In this document: positions 24,739 to 37,707 of the stretch, in pieces | How the letters are laid out: every line of letters starts with the position of its first letter | Numbering within the stretch: position 1 is the first letter of the stretch | Assembly (NCBI GenBank): GCA_977020255.1 | Contig: CDROCS010001741.1 | Location: 62,001 to 126,000, forward strand | Source: Obrimoposthia wandeli | Lineage: Eukaryota | Length of the DNA: 64,000 bases | Reading direction: 5' to 3' | The notes under the pieces: generated by a model | What the model was told of the DNA's origin: nothing | The model's database searches: none | The model's input: the letters and a program-made list of their open reading frames with translations, nothing else | Made by a program: the position numbers and the translations under genes

Positions 24739-24939
24739 TGTGTGGGGCAGAACGGCTACTTGCGCGGTAAAAGCATGGATGCACTGTTGCATATAGACAT
24801 GGGACATCTACGCGAAGTAGTATGGCGCAAGATCGCTATGAATCTCAATCAGGCGGAGCAAGATGAAAGCTTCAATTGCTGGCAAAATAAAAAATAAACC
24901 TGACACAAGCTGTTAATCCGACTTCAGTTCTGGTCAACA
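24739..24939. repeat. Candidate LTR-like segment (TG...CA) just upstream of gag
   Basis: About 200-bp GC-enriched block bounded by TGTGTGGGG and CAACA, 68 bp from the gag ATG. No second copy and no canonical TGG PBS found. Confidence 0.3.
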
Positions 24940-27840
24940 TACCAGGCCTACCTGAGATTTATCTGGGAGCTTGACCCTGACTAATGTAAACATTAGCGCA
25001 TAATGAGCTAACATTAATAATTTGTATGCACTTTAAAGTACTTCAAACACATAATCAATTGCCCCGGATGGGCTTAACTAACCACATTCCTCTATCAACC
25101 ATCGTAAACATCACATTTATTAATTATCATCAGATTATTTCGCATATTTTAAGTGACCTAAAATCATTTGAATTGGTCAATAAAACCATTTATGCAATTA
25201 TTAGCGCTTTATGATGATTATGCACACGTATGTGATTGGTGATTTGTATCGTTTTTAAATAGCTATGCTTTAAATCAAGTGTGAAATTTGTAGTAAGTCA
25301 ATGTTATGGATATTATATTATTTAACAACTTGTAACATAATGCACATTCACAATATTTTATTTTCTATAAAACAACTCTTTATAAAATATTTCGGCACAA
25401 TTTCGATTAATATTAAAATAATTATTTTTACGAAACATTCGGCACATACAGCATAAAATACTTATTTAATTAAGGAGTTCATTTAACAAATTGCAGTCCA
25501 GCAAAATCAAAAAGAAGTTTTATTAGGCAATGTATATATTGATGTACACGTAAATATAAATTGTAAGTAAATATGAATCATATATATGTTATCGTTTACG
25601 AATTTTTGCATTCTAAACAAATTTAGAGATAATTAACCAGGATAATTACCCTTATAAGTCAATTATGTGAAAAATAGGGTGATATAAAGGAATTCCACTA
25701 ATATCTAACTACTTAACATGAATAAAATATTAAAAAAATAGAATTTAGATTGCTTAACGAAAAAAATGAGAAATTTTAAATCTATACGGAGTCACTTAAA
25801 GAAAAACATTTTAAAACTAAAATCTAAGACTGGTTGAAATTACAAGGTTTAGAATGACATGAATATTATCAAGAGTTACTATTGTTTCTACAAGATGGAG
25901 CCGTTATGTCAGAAGTGTTTTGGATTCCATATTTGAACAAAGATGGATTGGATTAAAATGGAAAAATACATTCTCAGAACATTTTGTTATGGAGAACTGT
26001 CAAATAGATGACATTCAACCAAGAAAATCATACATTTAATGATTTGATAAGTACAATAAAGAAATATACTAAGAAACAGAAATATGTGAAAACGTTATCA
26101 ATAACTTTGGGAATAGCAATGTATTACTGTTGAAGATATTCATCTTTAATAAATATGATTTCCCGTTTTCTGCATATTTTTATTTAAAAACTTAAAGAAA
26201 AACTAAAATTCTGTATTGAAATAAAGTTATTAATCTTTAAGTGACTGACCCTGTATAATAAATTAAAATCAGTCAACCCTAGAATAGTTCGTTACTTGAA
26301 AAGCTATTTTATTAGATGACAAAAACATTGTCAAATTATTTGTTATAAATCAAATTTTTTTCTTTTTTCTCATTCATGTTTCAAACGCATTTTTTATTTT
26401 GTTAAATTTTAGTTTAAACAAGTTTTCTTTCTGATTAAGTCACTGATTGCTCATCCTCATAAAAAATTAAATCATACAAATTATAAGTACATTATAAAGA
26501 ATATTCATGATTTTTCTTTATCAATAATTATTAATCAACATTTTTTAAATTTATTATTGAAAGCTAACTGAAAATCATTATTAGTAGGTAGATGTGGCAC
26601 TACCCACGCCACTAACAGCATCAACCCTGGGCAACTTCGCAACAGAGATATCTGAAGTAGGCATAACAATTCCCACCCATTTCTGTTTAAAATACTTTTC
26701 AAATGTAATTAATATAAAATATTCCAGTCTGTCCATTAAATAAATTACAACATATTAAAATAAGTCATAATTTTTGATAATTTAATCTGCATCAGCTGAA
26801 CTGACAAGATTCGATATTAGACAATAGCTAGAGATCTTCCGCATTAAAGGCAGGTGAATATGGTGCCACTGCTTCTGTTGTCTCTGACGAACTATCTGAG
26901 TCAGATTTTTTTGTGGTGAATGTAAACTTTCTGTATCTGAAGTTAATGTTAGGTTTAGGTGTTCTGAGAGTGAGGAAGTCTGTGTAAGTAAATCGTTATT
27001 TGTTGCAAAACTGATTTGTGATTTGGGTCTTTGAATCGTTTTCTCACTGGAGTCTGTCCTAACTAATCTTGTTTGAATTCGTCTCCAGTGAAGGCTAGCG
27101 CTACGTTTTTGTTTATTTATTTTGTGTGTGTTTTTATGATAGTTTTTTTTGGGTTTGTGTTGTCAGTAATTTATTTAAAGTTTCAAAAAAATTATTGTGA
27201 CAAATGAAAAATGCGCAATGCGTACTGAAACTAAAAATATTTCGGTGATATTCGTAAAAGTTATTTGGTCAATCTCAAAATCAAGTTCTCTTAATAATAT
27301 CAAAACACGTTCTCTGAAAATCTCTGGAGAAAATTTATCTATCCGAAGTTTTATTTGATTTTATGTTGTTTTTAAGTTAGAGTAAAATATCAAGACTCAA
27401 ACATTTCTCTCAAAATTTCCAATTTTTGATCAGTTTTATATTTATCCAAAAATATATATAATTCTTTCAACTTTTATTATCTTTTTAGTTTTTTATTTTA
27501 CTATTGCGTCTCTAATAGATAAATCCACTCCAATTTATAATTTTCAAAAACGAATCTTTATTGGTAAACCAGTTCAAAGGAAAATGTTAAAATCTATCTC
27601 AAAATTTATTGTATTTGAGTTGTGCTTCGTTTATTGATTACTTTTTAATATTTTCGTCAGTGTTCAAAACTCTATCCGACAACAGCCAGTGTTTAGCCTT
27701 TATGTGAACAGAACTCCGAAAACTGATAAATTATTTTTCTATTAATTTTACAATTAAATTGACATACACAACTCAAATTGTAAAAGAAGATTAGAGATAG
27801 GAACTCGACTATGTTTCAGAAAACAAAAATTATGTTTAAT

Positions 27841-27948
27841 CTTACGAGGCTTGTGCGCAAAGCTGAAAACACCTTAACTATTTAGTATTTTATACTTACG
27901 AGGCTTGTGCGCAAAGCTGCAAACATCTCAACAATTTAGTATTTTATT
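27841..27948. repeat. Direct repeat, 2 x ~54 bp
   Basis: CTTACGAGGCTTGTGCGCAAAGCTG(A/C)AAACA..TTTAGTATTTTAT at 27841 and ~27895. Confidence 0.85.
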
Positions 27949-28478
27949 AATACACAAAATAAAATAAAATTAAAATGCAAAATATGTTAAATTTGTAAAC
28001 TATTAATTTATCAAAATATAGGGTTTAGTCAAAAACAAATTAAAATATTAGAAATATAAAGCACCTTATGCGTAACTTAATTATAATTTGTAAAATTGAA
28101 AATCCTCAATTAAATTAGCCAAAATCTTTAAATTACTAAAAAATAATATATATATACATATACATATATTATTCAACTTTAATCTGTCCAAGCTTGACAC
28201 TCACAAAAATTCAAAATATGTATTTGTAAGTCAATTAAAATTAATAAAGCAAAACTATCTTACAAATTCAAAATATTCAATTGTAACTCAATTAAAATCA
28301 AGAAATAATAATTATCCAAATCAACCCAAAGCACAGTAATTTTCGAAAGTTATCACCCTTCAGATCAAAAATCCCAACTACTAAAAAAAAAAAAAAACGA
28401 CCTGAATCTGTTCGGAGGTCGGGCTCACCAAATTGTTAAGGATGTCCAAATTGTACAAAATTAAAAGATCCACGATGG

Positions 28479-28650
28479 GGATAAATCAAATATCAAATTT
28501 AAACTGCTGTCTAATATATTTTTACAATTGCAATGGATAAATCAAATCTAAACGCTGTCCAATATATTTTTACAATTGCAATGGATAAATCAAATTTAAA
28601 CTGCTGTCCAATATATTTTACAATTGCAATGGATAAATCAAATCTAAAAA
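28479..28650. repeat. Tandem repeat, ~48-bp unit x ~3.4
   Basis: GGATAAATCAAAT(C/T)TAAAC(T)GCTGTC(C/T)AATATATTTTTACAATTGCAAT repeated; gives the MDKSNL repeats in ORF 28533..28754. Confidence 0.9.
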
Positions 28651-28749
28651 GTAAAAATATTATTAATCACATCCATAAAATAGTTAAGCTATTTAAAGCA
28701 AAACTCCTTCTTCTCTTTTATGATCTCTCTCACATACACACAAAACCAT

Positions 28750-29380
28750 ATTGATCCGAACATTCGGCCGACAATGTGTGCGCTTCTGTCGCAAGTCTGC
28801 AGTCTTTTAAGGGCAGCCACAGTCGAGGGAGAACAACCGAGCTAACGCTCGAGGATCCGCAGGAGACAGCGAGATCACTTGATGACTGCAAATGTCACAT
28901 GGAAAGAAATCCGGGCAGTTTGATCCGACGTTACGGGATACTTTCAGTGGCAGGGAGTTAGAGAGGGATGGAAGAGGAGTGGGCATTAGAGAGGTGGCCG
29001 ATGCTGCTGTCCGAAATGTCATATGCGACGGTCCGCTCTGCAGCCTCAGCGCATGGATGATGGAGGAGAATGACAAATGTGATCCGTGAAGGTAGGCAGA
29101 CGCTACCAGTTGGATCCGGGTAGTTCCAGAGCGGTTAGGCAACTGATCAGGTCTAGGGCTGCCCGAGAGAGAGAAAAAGAGAGATAGAAAGAGACCGCTG
29201 CTACTGGGTGGTAAATCTTTTGCAGTCAAAACCGCTTTACTTTTTTTGTCAGATTTATCTATGACATTTTGCCATCTCCCTGATGAGGCCAAGGCAGGCC
29301 GAAACGGGTTTATCCCGTCGGAGGTTGTTTTAGAAAAATACCTCCCTGATTGTGGGCACCTCAGCAAAAATGTCAATTTT
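28750..29380 (+). mobile_element. Probable Penelope-like element (or retrozyme) 3' remnant
   Basis: GC-rich island in AT-rich DNA ending in a hammerhead ribozyme. Broken frames only weakly resemble a GIY-YIG C-terminus (..GE..R..R..DH..W; ..GRRYQLDP). Confidence 0.45.
29274..29325 (+). ncRNA. Type I hammerhead ribozyme
   Basis: ATCTCC-CTGATGA-GGCC(AAGGCA)GGCC-GAAA-CGGG(TTTAT)CCCG-TC^GGAGGT. Complete core, 4-bp stem II, stem III, 6-bp stem I (one G-U pair) and a GUC cleavage triplet at 29317-29319. Confidence 0.92.
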
Positions 29381-31335
29381 AATTGATATAATTTTAATTT
29401 ATTTCAAAACCCAATTTTAATTGATATAATTTAATTTATTTAAAAACCCAACATATGTATGAAGAAGTGAAACAATATTTCAAATACAAAGTCAGATTCT
29501 TGAAGAAGCCTCAACTGATTGCTCTAGTAAATTCTGTGACAACTGAAAGAAGAAAGTTCAGCTATTATCTATCAAATATTCAAAAACCAGATTTTCAATA
29601 TCTTAAACAGAAAGTATAAAAGGCAGTTCCAATAAATTATGTTTTACTGATGAAGATTGTGAGGCAAAAGAAACATATCCCTTCTTGGGTCACAAATATT
29701 AGAAAAAGGCTTCTTAATGCTGACTAGAGTGGAGATGTGAAGAAAATACGACTAAAACGAAAAAGTAGACCGAAAGAAAGTGTCAATGTTGGATTTTCTA
29801 AAAATATAGCTGATAATAGAGCGTCATTATGGCGTGGGACCAGAATGAGTTGGCACTGCTCTCTAACAGTCGATAATATTTTAGATCTCATCCGTGAGAT
29901 CGTCTGCACATATTGACCAAACTGTTCAACTATTAAAATGGCTTATTTAGTGCAATTATTTTTCAATTTCCTAAGCTTGTTAGAAATATGACTTCTAACC
30001 ATGAAATTCCATAATTTTATTTCAATATTCTGCGAAAATATGAAGTTCTTAGCAATATGATTTCTAGCTTTAAATAACAATTTTAACCCAGGTTTTGTCA
30101 CAGTTTTCATCACCTAAGACTTATTACAATGTCAAATATTTATTCTGTTTTGAAAAACTCCCAATGAATTTTTTAGAGTAACTTTTCAGATCAATCTAGG
30201 ATTCTGTTGGGGCTTGGAAAAAGGAACTATGCATCAATACATTACTTCTGGATTTTATTTTTAATTCTTCGTTGTTTTTTATATTATAGCTACCTTTAAA
30301 TAATAGATCAATGTATTAAATGGCCATATTATTTATTTCCTTTATTTCCACGAAGCCATAATATAAAAATTAACAAAACACGATGCAACAAAGTAAATGG
30401 AAAACTTACGGTTGAAAGCTACTAAAATCTTACTAAATTTGACACTAAAATTAGTTGTAGATATACAATATTTCACAATTTATTGCATGATAATTAATTA
30501 ATATTATTATTATGATTTTTACATATATCAACTAGTTTTGTCAAAAAATGTACCTTTTTTAGTTTTGCAGATATCTTATCTGGTTAAATTTCTATTATTA
30601 AATATAAATAATGGTTACTATATTAGGCAATATTAAATAATGGTTTAATACGGATAGAAGGCTAGCACTGGATTATTTTTTACACGTGTAACTTTATTCA
30701 AGAAAATTAAACTAGAAATAAATTGTCAATTTCAAAAACTAATTGTGATGTGTTTCTTGTTAAATTGCACCTAAAGTTCGAGTTGATTTTTGTGTCGAGT
30801 CATATATTACAATAAAAGTCCATTGAGTAAGAGATTGTAGTAGTAATATCGTAAATAATTGCAGTTAAAGTTGTAAAGTGTAGAAATGAGTATTGCTCTG
30901 CACGTCGCAGATCTGCGTATTTGTATTACAAAAACAATTTCCTATGGGAAGAAAGTCGGAGGTAAGCAGACAGGACGGGGAACGAAAGGAAGGGATAGTC
31001 AAACATTGACATATGCTCCGTTGATAGGAATAGAGGGGAGATGGGAGGAATATTGTGGACAGTTGGCGACTGCTGGCAGGGGAAAAGGTTGTGTGTGCAT
31101 TTGTGGGAGGGCGAGGACGCCAATGACCGGGTCTCGAGTTTGTAAATACAGCCTGTCAAACGTAAACAAGGCCAATATTTACCCGGGCTTGTTTATGGGT
31201 CTGAATTGGAGAAAATTGGGTGTCGAGTGGAGGAAGACGGCTGCCCGGATGGATGGTGGGAGAAGACAAGTTGGGCAGGGTTGCCGCAGAAGGGTACACA
31301 TAAGGTTTTGTGTGATTGACATTGTTTGAAGTTGT

Positions 31336-31420
31336 AATGATGATGATGGGATGATGGGGATGATGGTGTTGATGATGATGATAATAATAATAATGAGGAT
31401 GAGGATGAGGATGAGGATGA
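31336..31420. repeat. Compound trinucleotide-type microsatellite (GAT/AAT/GAGGAT)n
   Basis: Directly visible; gives the poly-Ser/His stretch in ORF 31193..31567. Confidence 0.9.
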
Positions 31421-33658
31421 AATACTCAAAGCAGTGAAAACCCTTTGTGACAGCTTTACCGGCAAGCTTTGTAAACTAGCATTGATTACGGCCTCAAACA
31501 GAACTGGACAATAAAAACCAGAGTCGTTAAAGATGAATGAGAAACAATGGGGAATTATGCGGAGCAAGAATCATCATTGTATCTGGTCATAAATCATCTA
31601 ACAAGCAAACTAAAACTGGCGTGGGACTGCGATATTTATGGTGCATTTATTGCCGAATTAGCAATGCCAGCCCCATAAATTGATCGTGTTTACAATGACC
31701 ACACAGAAAGGTGTTTGAATTTGCAGTTTAAATTGTGAGAAACTTTCTTGAATCTTCTGATATGAAATTTTGTAGCTATCTCATAACATAGATAATCATT
31801 TTAAAACTTTTAATGTATACGATGTGTGCTTTTCTTTATTGAAATAATAAGAATAAATACGAACCCTTAATGAGTCTATTTTGGTAAACTGGTCAGGTAA
31901 AATGAACCAAAATCATTAAGGAATTTCGATATTTTATTAAATATTTTGTATGAGAATAAAAAGTGTTATTCTGGGTTCTCAATAGAAAAATTCTAAAGGG
32001 ATGAAGCTCAAAATCTCCCAATTTAAAACCGCTAGAATTCTTACACTATCCCGACCAAAAAGATAATCGTTTACAAACGATATCGTATAGCAATTCAGCC
32101 AACAGTTAAGTCAACTGAAAGGAGCTGTACTTTAGGTAGAACGTAAGCCGAAATGAATCAGCTAATATCGATACTTGTATTGATGATAATTTCTTATAAA
32201 CAAATAAATAGGCAAAATGAATAAAGATATATATGGCAAGTTTTTAAAAATTTCAGAAATTTTACATTTAATATATGTAAACGTATGGTCTGAGTTTTAT
32301 TATTCTATCTTAAGTTAACATTGAATAATTTAAAAAAAAAACATGGGTAAGTCATTATGGGGCAACCTGTATAGTTGTAAATCCTACTTTCATTTACCTT
32401 CACCAACTTATTAGCTCTTTATTGCAATCTTGGAATCATTTATGCCTGGTTATTATATAGCCCATTCCACAATGCAACAGCAGACCCTTAAGAGTGCATA
32501 AAGACATGTCGATATCCTATTGGACCATTTGAAAGATAAGCGTTTCAAAATATTATGGTACAAGTAAAACTGTTTCTTAATAGGCTAATGCAAAAATGAT
32601 TTTGCATACTGTACATTCCACATTTGAATACCAGTCATTCACACGAAATGAACAGTTTCGTTAATTTACAAACAAAGACTGACGATTTCCAACAAGTATG
32701 CCGCTAGAAAAACATTTTCTTTCTGTTGACAACTGTTGTTGTGAAGAGAAGTTGCAATCATTCTTTCAACAACCAAAACCTTTGACGAAATGATAGATGT
32801 CCTGTTCTAGCATTTGAAACTGATACAAGAATTGATTATTCTTCACTTAAAAATGACTAAAAATATTTTCTAAAAATGTACAATATTTTGAAAAATATAA
32901 AATTAAAATATTACTTAAAATGTGATTTTGCCAAAAATGTCAAGAAACAATTCAGAAATGTGGCTTAGTGTGGAAAATGTTTCAGGTTTAGAAATTCACA
33001 TAAGACTTTACTATGCAAATGAAAACAGCGTATTCCCTATGTAGCGATTATCCTTGAATTCTATAGTCATTTTGCGAGATCAATAACAATTCAGTGAATT
33101 ATTTATGTGGTCATTATGATAATTAATTGTTGACTTCATAACAGTATTGTCTAGTGACCCATAATTTAGCTCATATTTTCTGTATTACTCCCCTTCTTCT
33201 CATTAAAGTAGTGTAACCAAAACCAGTTGAATTTGCAAGTTATCCAAAAATAAGGTCTTCTTACAAGTAACATAAAAATTTTACCTCTTTGTTTTGAGCT
33301 ATAATTTTGGATCTTGTTTACAACAAAACTACTTTTAATGTACTAACACGTCTAAAACAAATATGTATTTTCGTCAGAAATGGCTTTTTACAGCACAAAC
33401 TCGGCAAATGCATCATTCGAAGTGGCCAAAAATACAAATCCGACAATAGCCTTTTATTTTCATAAAATATTCCAGTTAAACACTATTTAGAGTTTCACTT
33501 AGCTATATTACCCATCGATTGAAGATTATTTTATTGTTATTTTGTGTAAAACAAGCGTTTTGTAATCATGTAGACATATCAAATATCTGACTAGAGGGAA
33601 TTATTTAGTAACATTTTCGTAATAACACATTGAAACTAGAAATATGCTTCTTCGTAAG

Positions 33659-34476
33659 AGATTCAACCTAACCGAACAGTGCCCATAACCTTTATCGAAA
33701 AGGTTGTATCACAGCAGAGTTATCCAGAAAATGAATTATCCTTTTTTGGTCTAGGCTTATTCGAACTAATTTTTAAGGGAATATACATGGATTCTACTTT
33801 GATACCTGCAACTGCAGAATGGATGATTACGTTGTCATCTCTTGACAGTGACTGTTAAAATGGCATCTGCGTCGTCGGCTCTGAATTTTTGTGGGTAAAT
33901 TCTGGTACTTGCACTTCCTGTATGATTGCCTTTTATATGTTGATCATCAATGCCCTAATTAATATCATTACCCAATTTAATTAAATTTTTTCTTTTATTA
34001 AATTTTAACTTTATTTTTGTGTTTAAACTTATTTAACAAAATACTTTACTAAATTAAAAATAGTTTTAGTTTACAAATTTCTACTTACAAATAAATTTTA
34101 AAATATTTCAAAATTAAAACATTACTTGTTATAAATACAAAAATTATTATAATTTTTTAACAAAAATTTGTTTTTCTAAATAAAAGTATTGAACATTATA
34201 GTTTTAAAATTAAAAAAAATAAAAACAACATTATATAGTTTTGAAAATAAATGTTAAACAATATAAAATGTTTCAATTTATAATTCAATAATTTAGATTC
34301 GTTAGACTTTTTACAAAAATCCTTTCAAAATTAAAATAATTTAAAACTTTCCTACTTAGAAATAAATAAAACATATTTCAAAATTAAAATAACTTTCTTA
34401 CAATAAAATAACTTTATCTGCTGTGATACAACCTTTTCGATAAAGGTTAATGGCACTGTTCGGTTAGGTTGAATCT
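33659..34476. repeat. 60-bp inverted repeat pair (33659-33718 / 34417-34476), MITE- or foldback-like
   Basis: AGATTCAACCTAACCGAACAGTGCC..AACCTTTATCGAAAAGGTTGTATCACAGCAGA and its near-perfect reverse complement. Confidence 0.85.
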
Positions 34477-36950
34477 ACACCCTCCTATTTAATAATTTAC
34501 TTTTCCTCAAAACTGTTTAATTCAAATTTAAAAAAAGTTAATGCACTGTTAAGATTAGGATTTATAAAAAAAATTAAAAAATAAAATATATATAGGAAAA
34601 ATATAGAACCTTGAATTAAGGTTAAATAAAAAAAATGTTTAAATTTAAAATTAAATTCAATAAGACTAAAAATGTAATTTAGGACCTTGAAGAGGTCATG
34701 TGTGTAGTATGATATATATGAAAGTTAGGGAGCCAAAAAGGACGAACAGAAATTAGTAGGAAGAATACTCAATTAAGCAAAAGGACAATTAAGAGATCCC
34801 CAAAAATAACTGAAGAAAACTAATTAAGGAAAATCCAAAAGTTGAAAAATTACGATTAAGAAAAGTACTCTACCATTGTGAGAGTAATCCAGCTGCCGAT
34901 AACCAACAGAATCCATTACGCGCATTCAGAAAGGAAAACGTACACGTACATCTCAGAGACAATATTTGATTTATTATGGTTCATGAAAAATCTAAATTGT
35001 GTATTTTTAAAAGGGCTTTGCCTCAGATAGTTGTAGAAAGCGTTTGTAGAAATTTTTCAAGTAAATAAAATTACTAAAAGAAATTTAATTGATTTGGAAT
35101 TTAATATTCAAGTTTATGATGCTAGTTATTTTAATTTGATCAATACGTTGCAATATTGAAAGGTAAAGCCAATAAAGCCAATGTTATTTATTGAGAAGAA
35201 GAAAATTATGAAAGATCCAATAATTGCATGTTTCACACAATGGTTAAAGATGTTTTACTAAGTTTAAATAATCTCAAAATTGGGGGCCATAATAATAGAT
35301 ATTGCCCTAAAGTAACAATTGATACTCTATTGAATTTAAGTGCAGATATAAAACCAAAAATTACGCTGTATTGATTATGAACATTTGGTTTGAAAATACT
35401 GCACACTACGCCAACGGTAATAGGTCTCCTCACAGGGGGTTACCCTTTACTGCAAAACCATTTTGGCGTTGTATGCGTGATTTCAAGACCATTTTTTACA
35501 ACTTTATATTTTGTAGTTGACGTTCTAACTTCTCAATTTTGATTTTCAACTCTTTAATATCTGTCTGATTCTTAAAGTATCCAATTTGTAATTTTCGAGT
35601 TCTTTATCTCAAATTTTCAGCTTTTGATACAAAAGATTCCATTCTATCGTTCTAAAAGTTCATAGATTAAAATCTATATTGGGAAATACAATATGTCATA
35701 ATATGTTTGTTTGTTTGCTATTATTTTCATGTCTTTGGAAATAACAAATTTATTTTCAAGTGTAAAAGTTTTTAAAATTTATTTAGAAAGGTTTGTTAAA
35801 TTCTAACGAATCTAAATTATCAAATTATAAGTTTAAATATTTTATATTTTTATATTTCTATATAAATTTCAGATTCTAAAATGTAAGAAATTTTTAAAAT
35901 TTATTTTTCTAGTTTATCGTTTTATGTAATTTATTATGATCATATTGTATTTTTAGAGTTTTTCAATTTTTCAATTAATATTTTTAAAAGATTTATTATT
36001 TTTCATAAAAATAATTTGCAAACGATTGCAAAACATGTAATTTATAAATGTATTTAAAAATTTTATTGAAATTATTATTTATAATCTATATAAATCTAAA
36101 TTTTTTAAAATATATTTTAAAACTATGATGTTAAATACTTTTATTTAATTTAAAAAATCTATGATGTTTAATACTTTTATTTAATGTTAAATAGTTTTTT
36201 ATCTTTGTATTTATTGTAAGAAAGTTTTTTTTAATTTTATAAATGTTTATTTATTTGTAAGTGGAAAACGTTTTTGAAAATGATTTTAATAAATTTTATT
36301 TAGAAAAGTTTTTGTAAATATTTCTAATGAATCTAAATTATTGAATTTTAAGTTTAAACATTTTTTAAAATTTTAATATTGGTTAACATTTAACTTAAAA
36401 TATATATGATATTTTATATTTTAAAACCCTAATGTTAAATACTTTTATTTAATTTAAAAAACTATGATGTTTAATACTTTTGTTTAATGTTAAATAGTTT
36501 TTTTTTACTTGCTTTTATTTACATTTACAATTGTATTAATTCATACAATCGATAATTAATTATTTGTTGTCACAAGAGATTTTTTAATATATTAGAAAGT
36601 CGAATAATAAATAGAAATACTAAGTTGATGATCGAATATATTAACATATAAAACAATATAATTAAAGATTTGGTATTCTAATTTATAAACAAATCTTTCA
36701 GTAACTTTGAATAACATGTGTTTGCAAATTAATTTTCAATATTCCATAATTTAGATTCGCTAGAATTTTACAAAACATTTTTAAATAAATTTTCAAAACT
36801 TTTACACTTGCAAATAAATTTCTAACAAAAACTTTACTAAATTAAAATTAGTTTTAGTTTACAAATTTCTACTTACAAATAAATTAAAAAATATTTCAAA
36901 ATTAAAACATTACTTGTAAAAAATACAAAAATTATAATATATTTACAAGA
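33990..36950. repeat. Very AT-rich dispersed repeat family present in direct and inverted copies
   Basis: 34035-34150 repeats directly at ~36823-36940. 34261-34390 is inverted at ~36225-36365. 35750-35845 is inverted at ~36745-36825. Confidence 0.75.
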
Positions 36951-37707
36951 TAATGATATTAAAACTATGATTTTTTTGTTTTGGTGAATGTTTGATTTGC
37001 AAAAAAGGTCACTATTTCAAATAGCTGCTATCTTTTAAAGAACCCACAAAAAACTTCAAGAGAACTTTGTATATCAGAAGAAGTGGAAAAAATAATGAAG
37101 ATTTAGAAGATTGTTGGGGTTTCTATACGAAACTTGTACAGATCCTCTTGAATGCGGAGGGCCCCAACGTGAGTTCGAATAGAAGCAGGTCTTAAAGTTG
37201 GTCGTGGCCTACTTAGTGTTATGGTTTGCCTATCTCTTGGACTATCTGAAGGTGTTTGATTTGACGTCTCTTAATCTGAAGGGTGCAAAACAACTTGTTC
37301 TAATGTAGGAAATCGTTTATTGGTAATTCACAATCTAAAACACAACAATACGTTTATGTACGTATTTTCTAAAAAGTACAGTAAAAATTCCTAAGACTTC
37401 TGTAAGTCTCTACAACAAGTGGGGATGAACCACGTATCGATTTTACGTTCGGGTTGATCGAGATTTTAGAGTTATTCTTCTAACTCGAGAATAAGCTCGC
37501 GTTATAGATTTCTTAATAATTTTACTTTGCTATCGGCTTGAGTTTTGGGGTTAAACCTTTATTCTTATGACGATAAAGGTGCGAATGCAATCTTCTTCCT
37601 AGGTTGGTTAATTTATAACACAACTCTCTTAAACTTCTTCAACTTAACTTAGAACGTGTGGGTAAAGTTTCTTGACTCGGCAATTCTATTGTTGTGAATT
37701 CAACCAC

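Larger units (their letters stand above)
17050..24939 (-). mobile_element. Ty3/Gypsy LTR retrotransposon with gag-env-PR-RT-RH-IN order plus an extra 3' ORF; decayed
   Basis: The PR-RT-RH-IN order defines Ty3/Gypsy. All domains are co-oriented but broken by stops and frameshifts. No matching LTR pair found; boundaries approximate. Confidence 0.9.

Noticed and set aside
28807-29376. 189-aa minus-strand ORF as a gene
   Set aside because: Ser/Leu/Pro-rich with no motif; antisense to the ribozyme and a GA-rich tract. An open frame is expected by chance in this GC-rich island.
29647-29690. Second hammerhead (CTGATGA...GAAAC); also CTGATGAGCGCC at 42896
   Set aside because: No pairable stem II, III or I around the core.
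30886-31567. Overlapping ORFs 30886..31329 (+), 30926..31159 (-) and 31193..31567 (-)
   Set aside because: No recognisable domain, partly microsatellite-derived, and no frame is clearly preferred.
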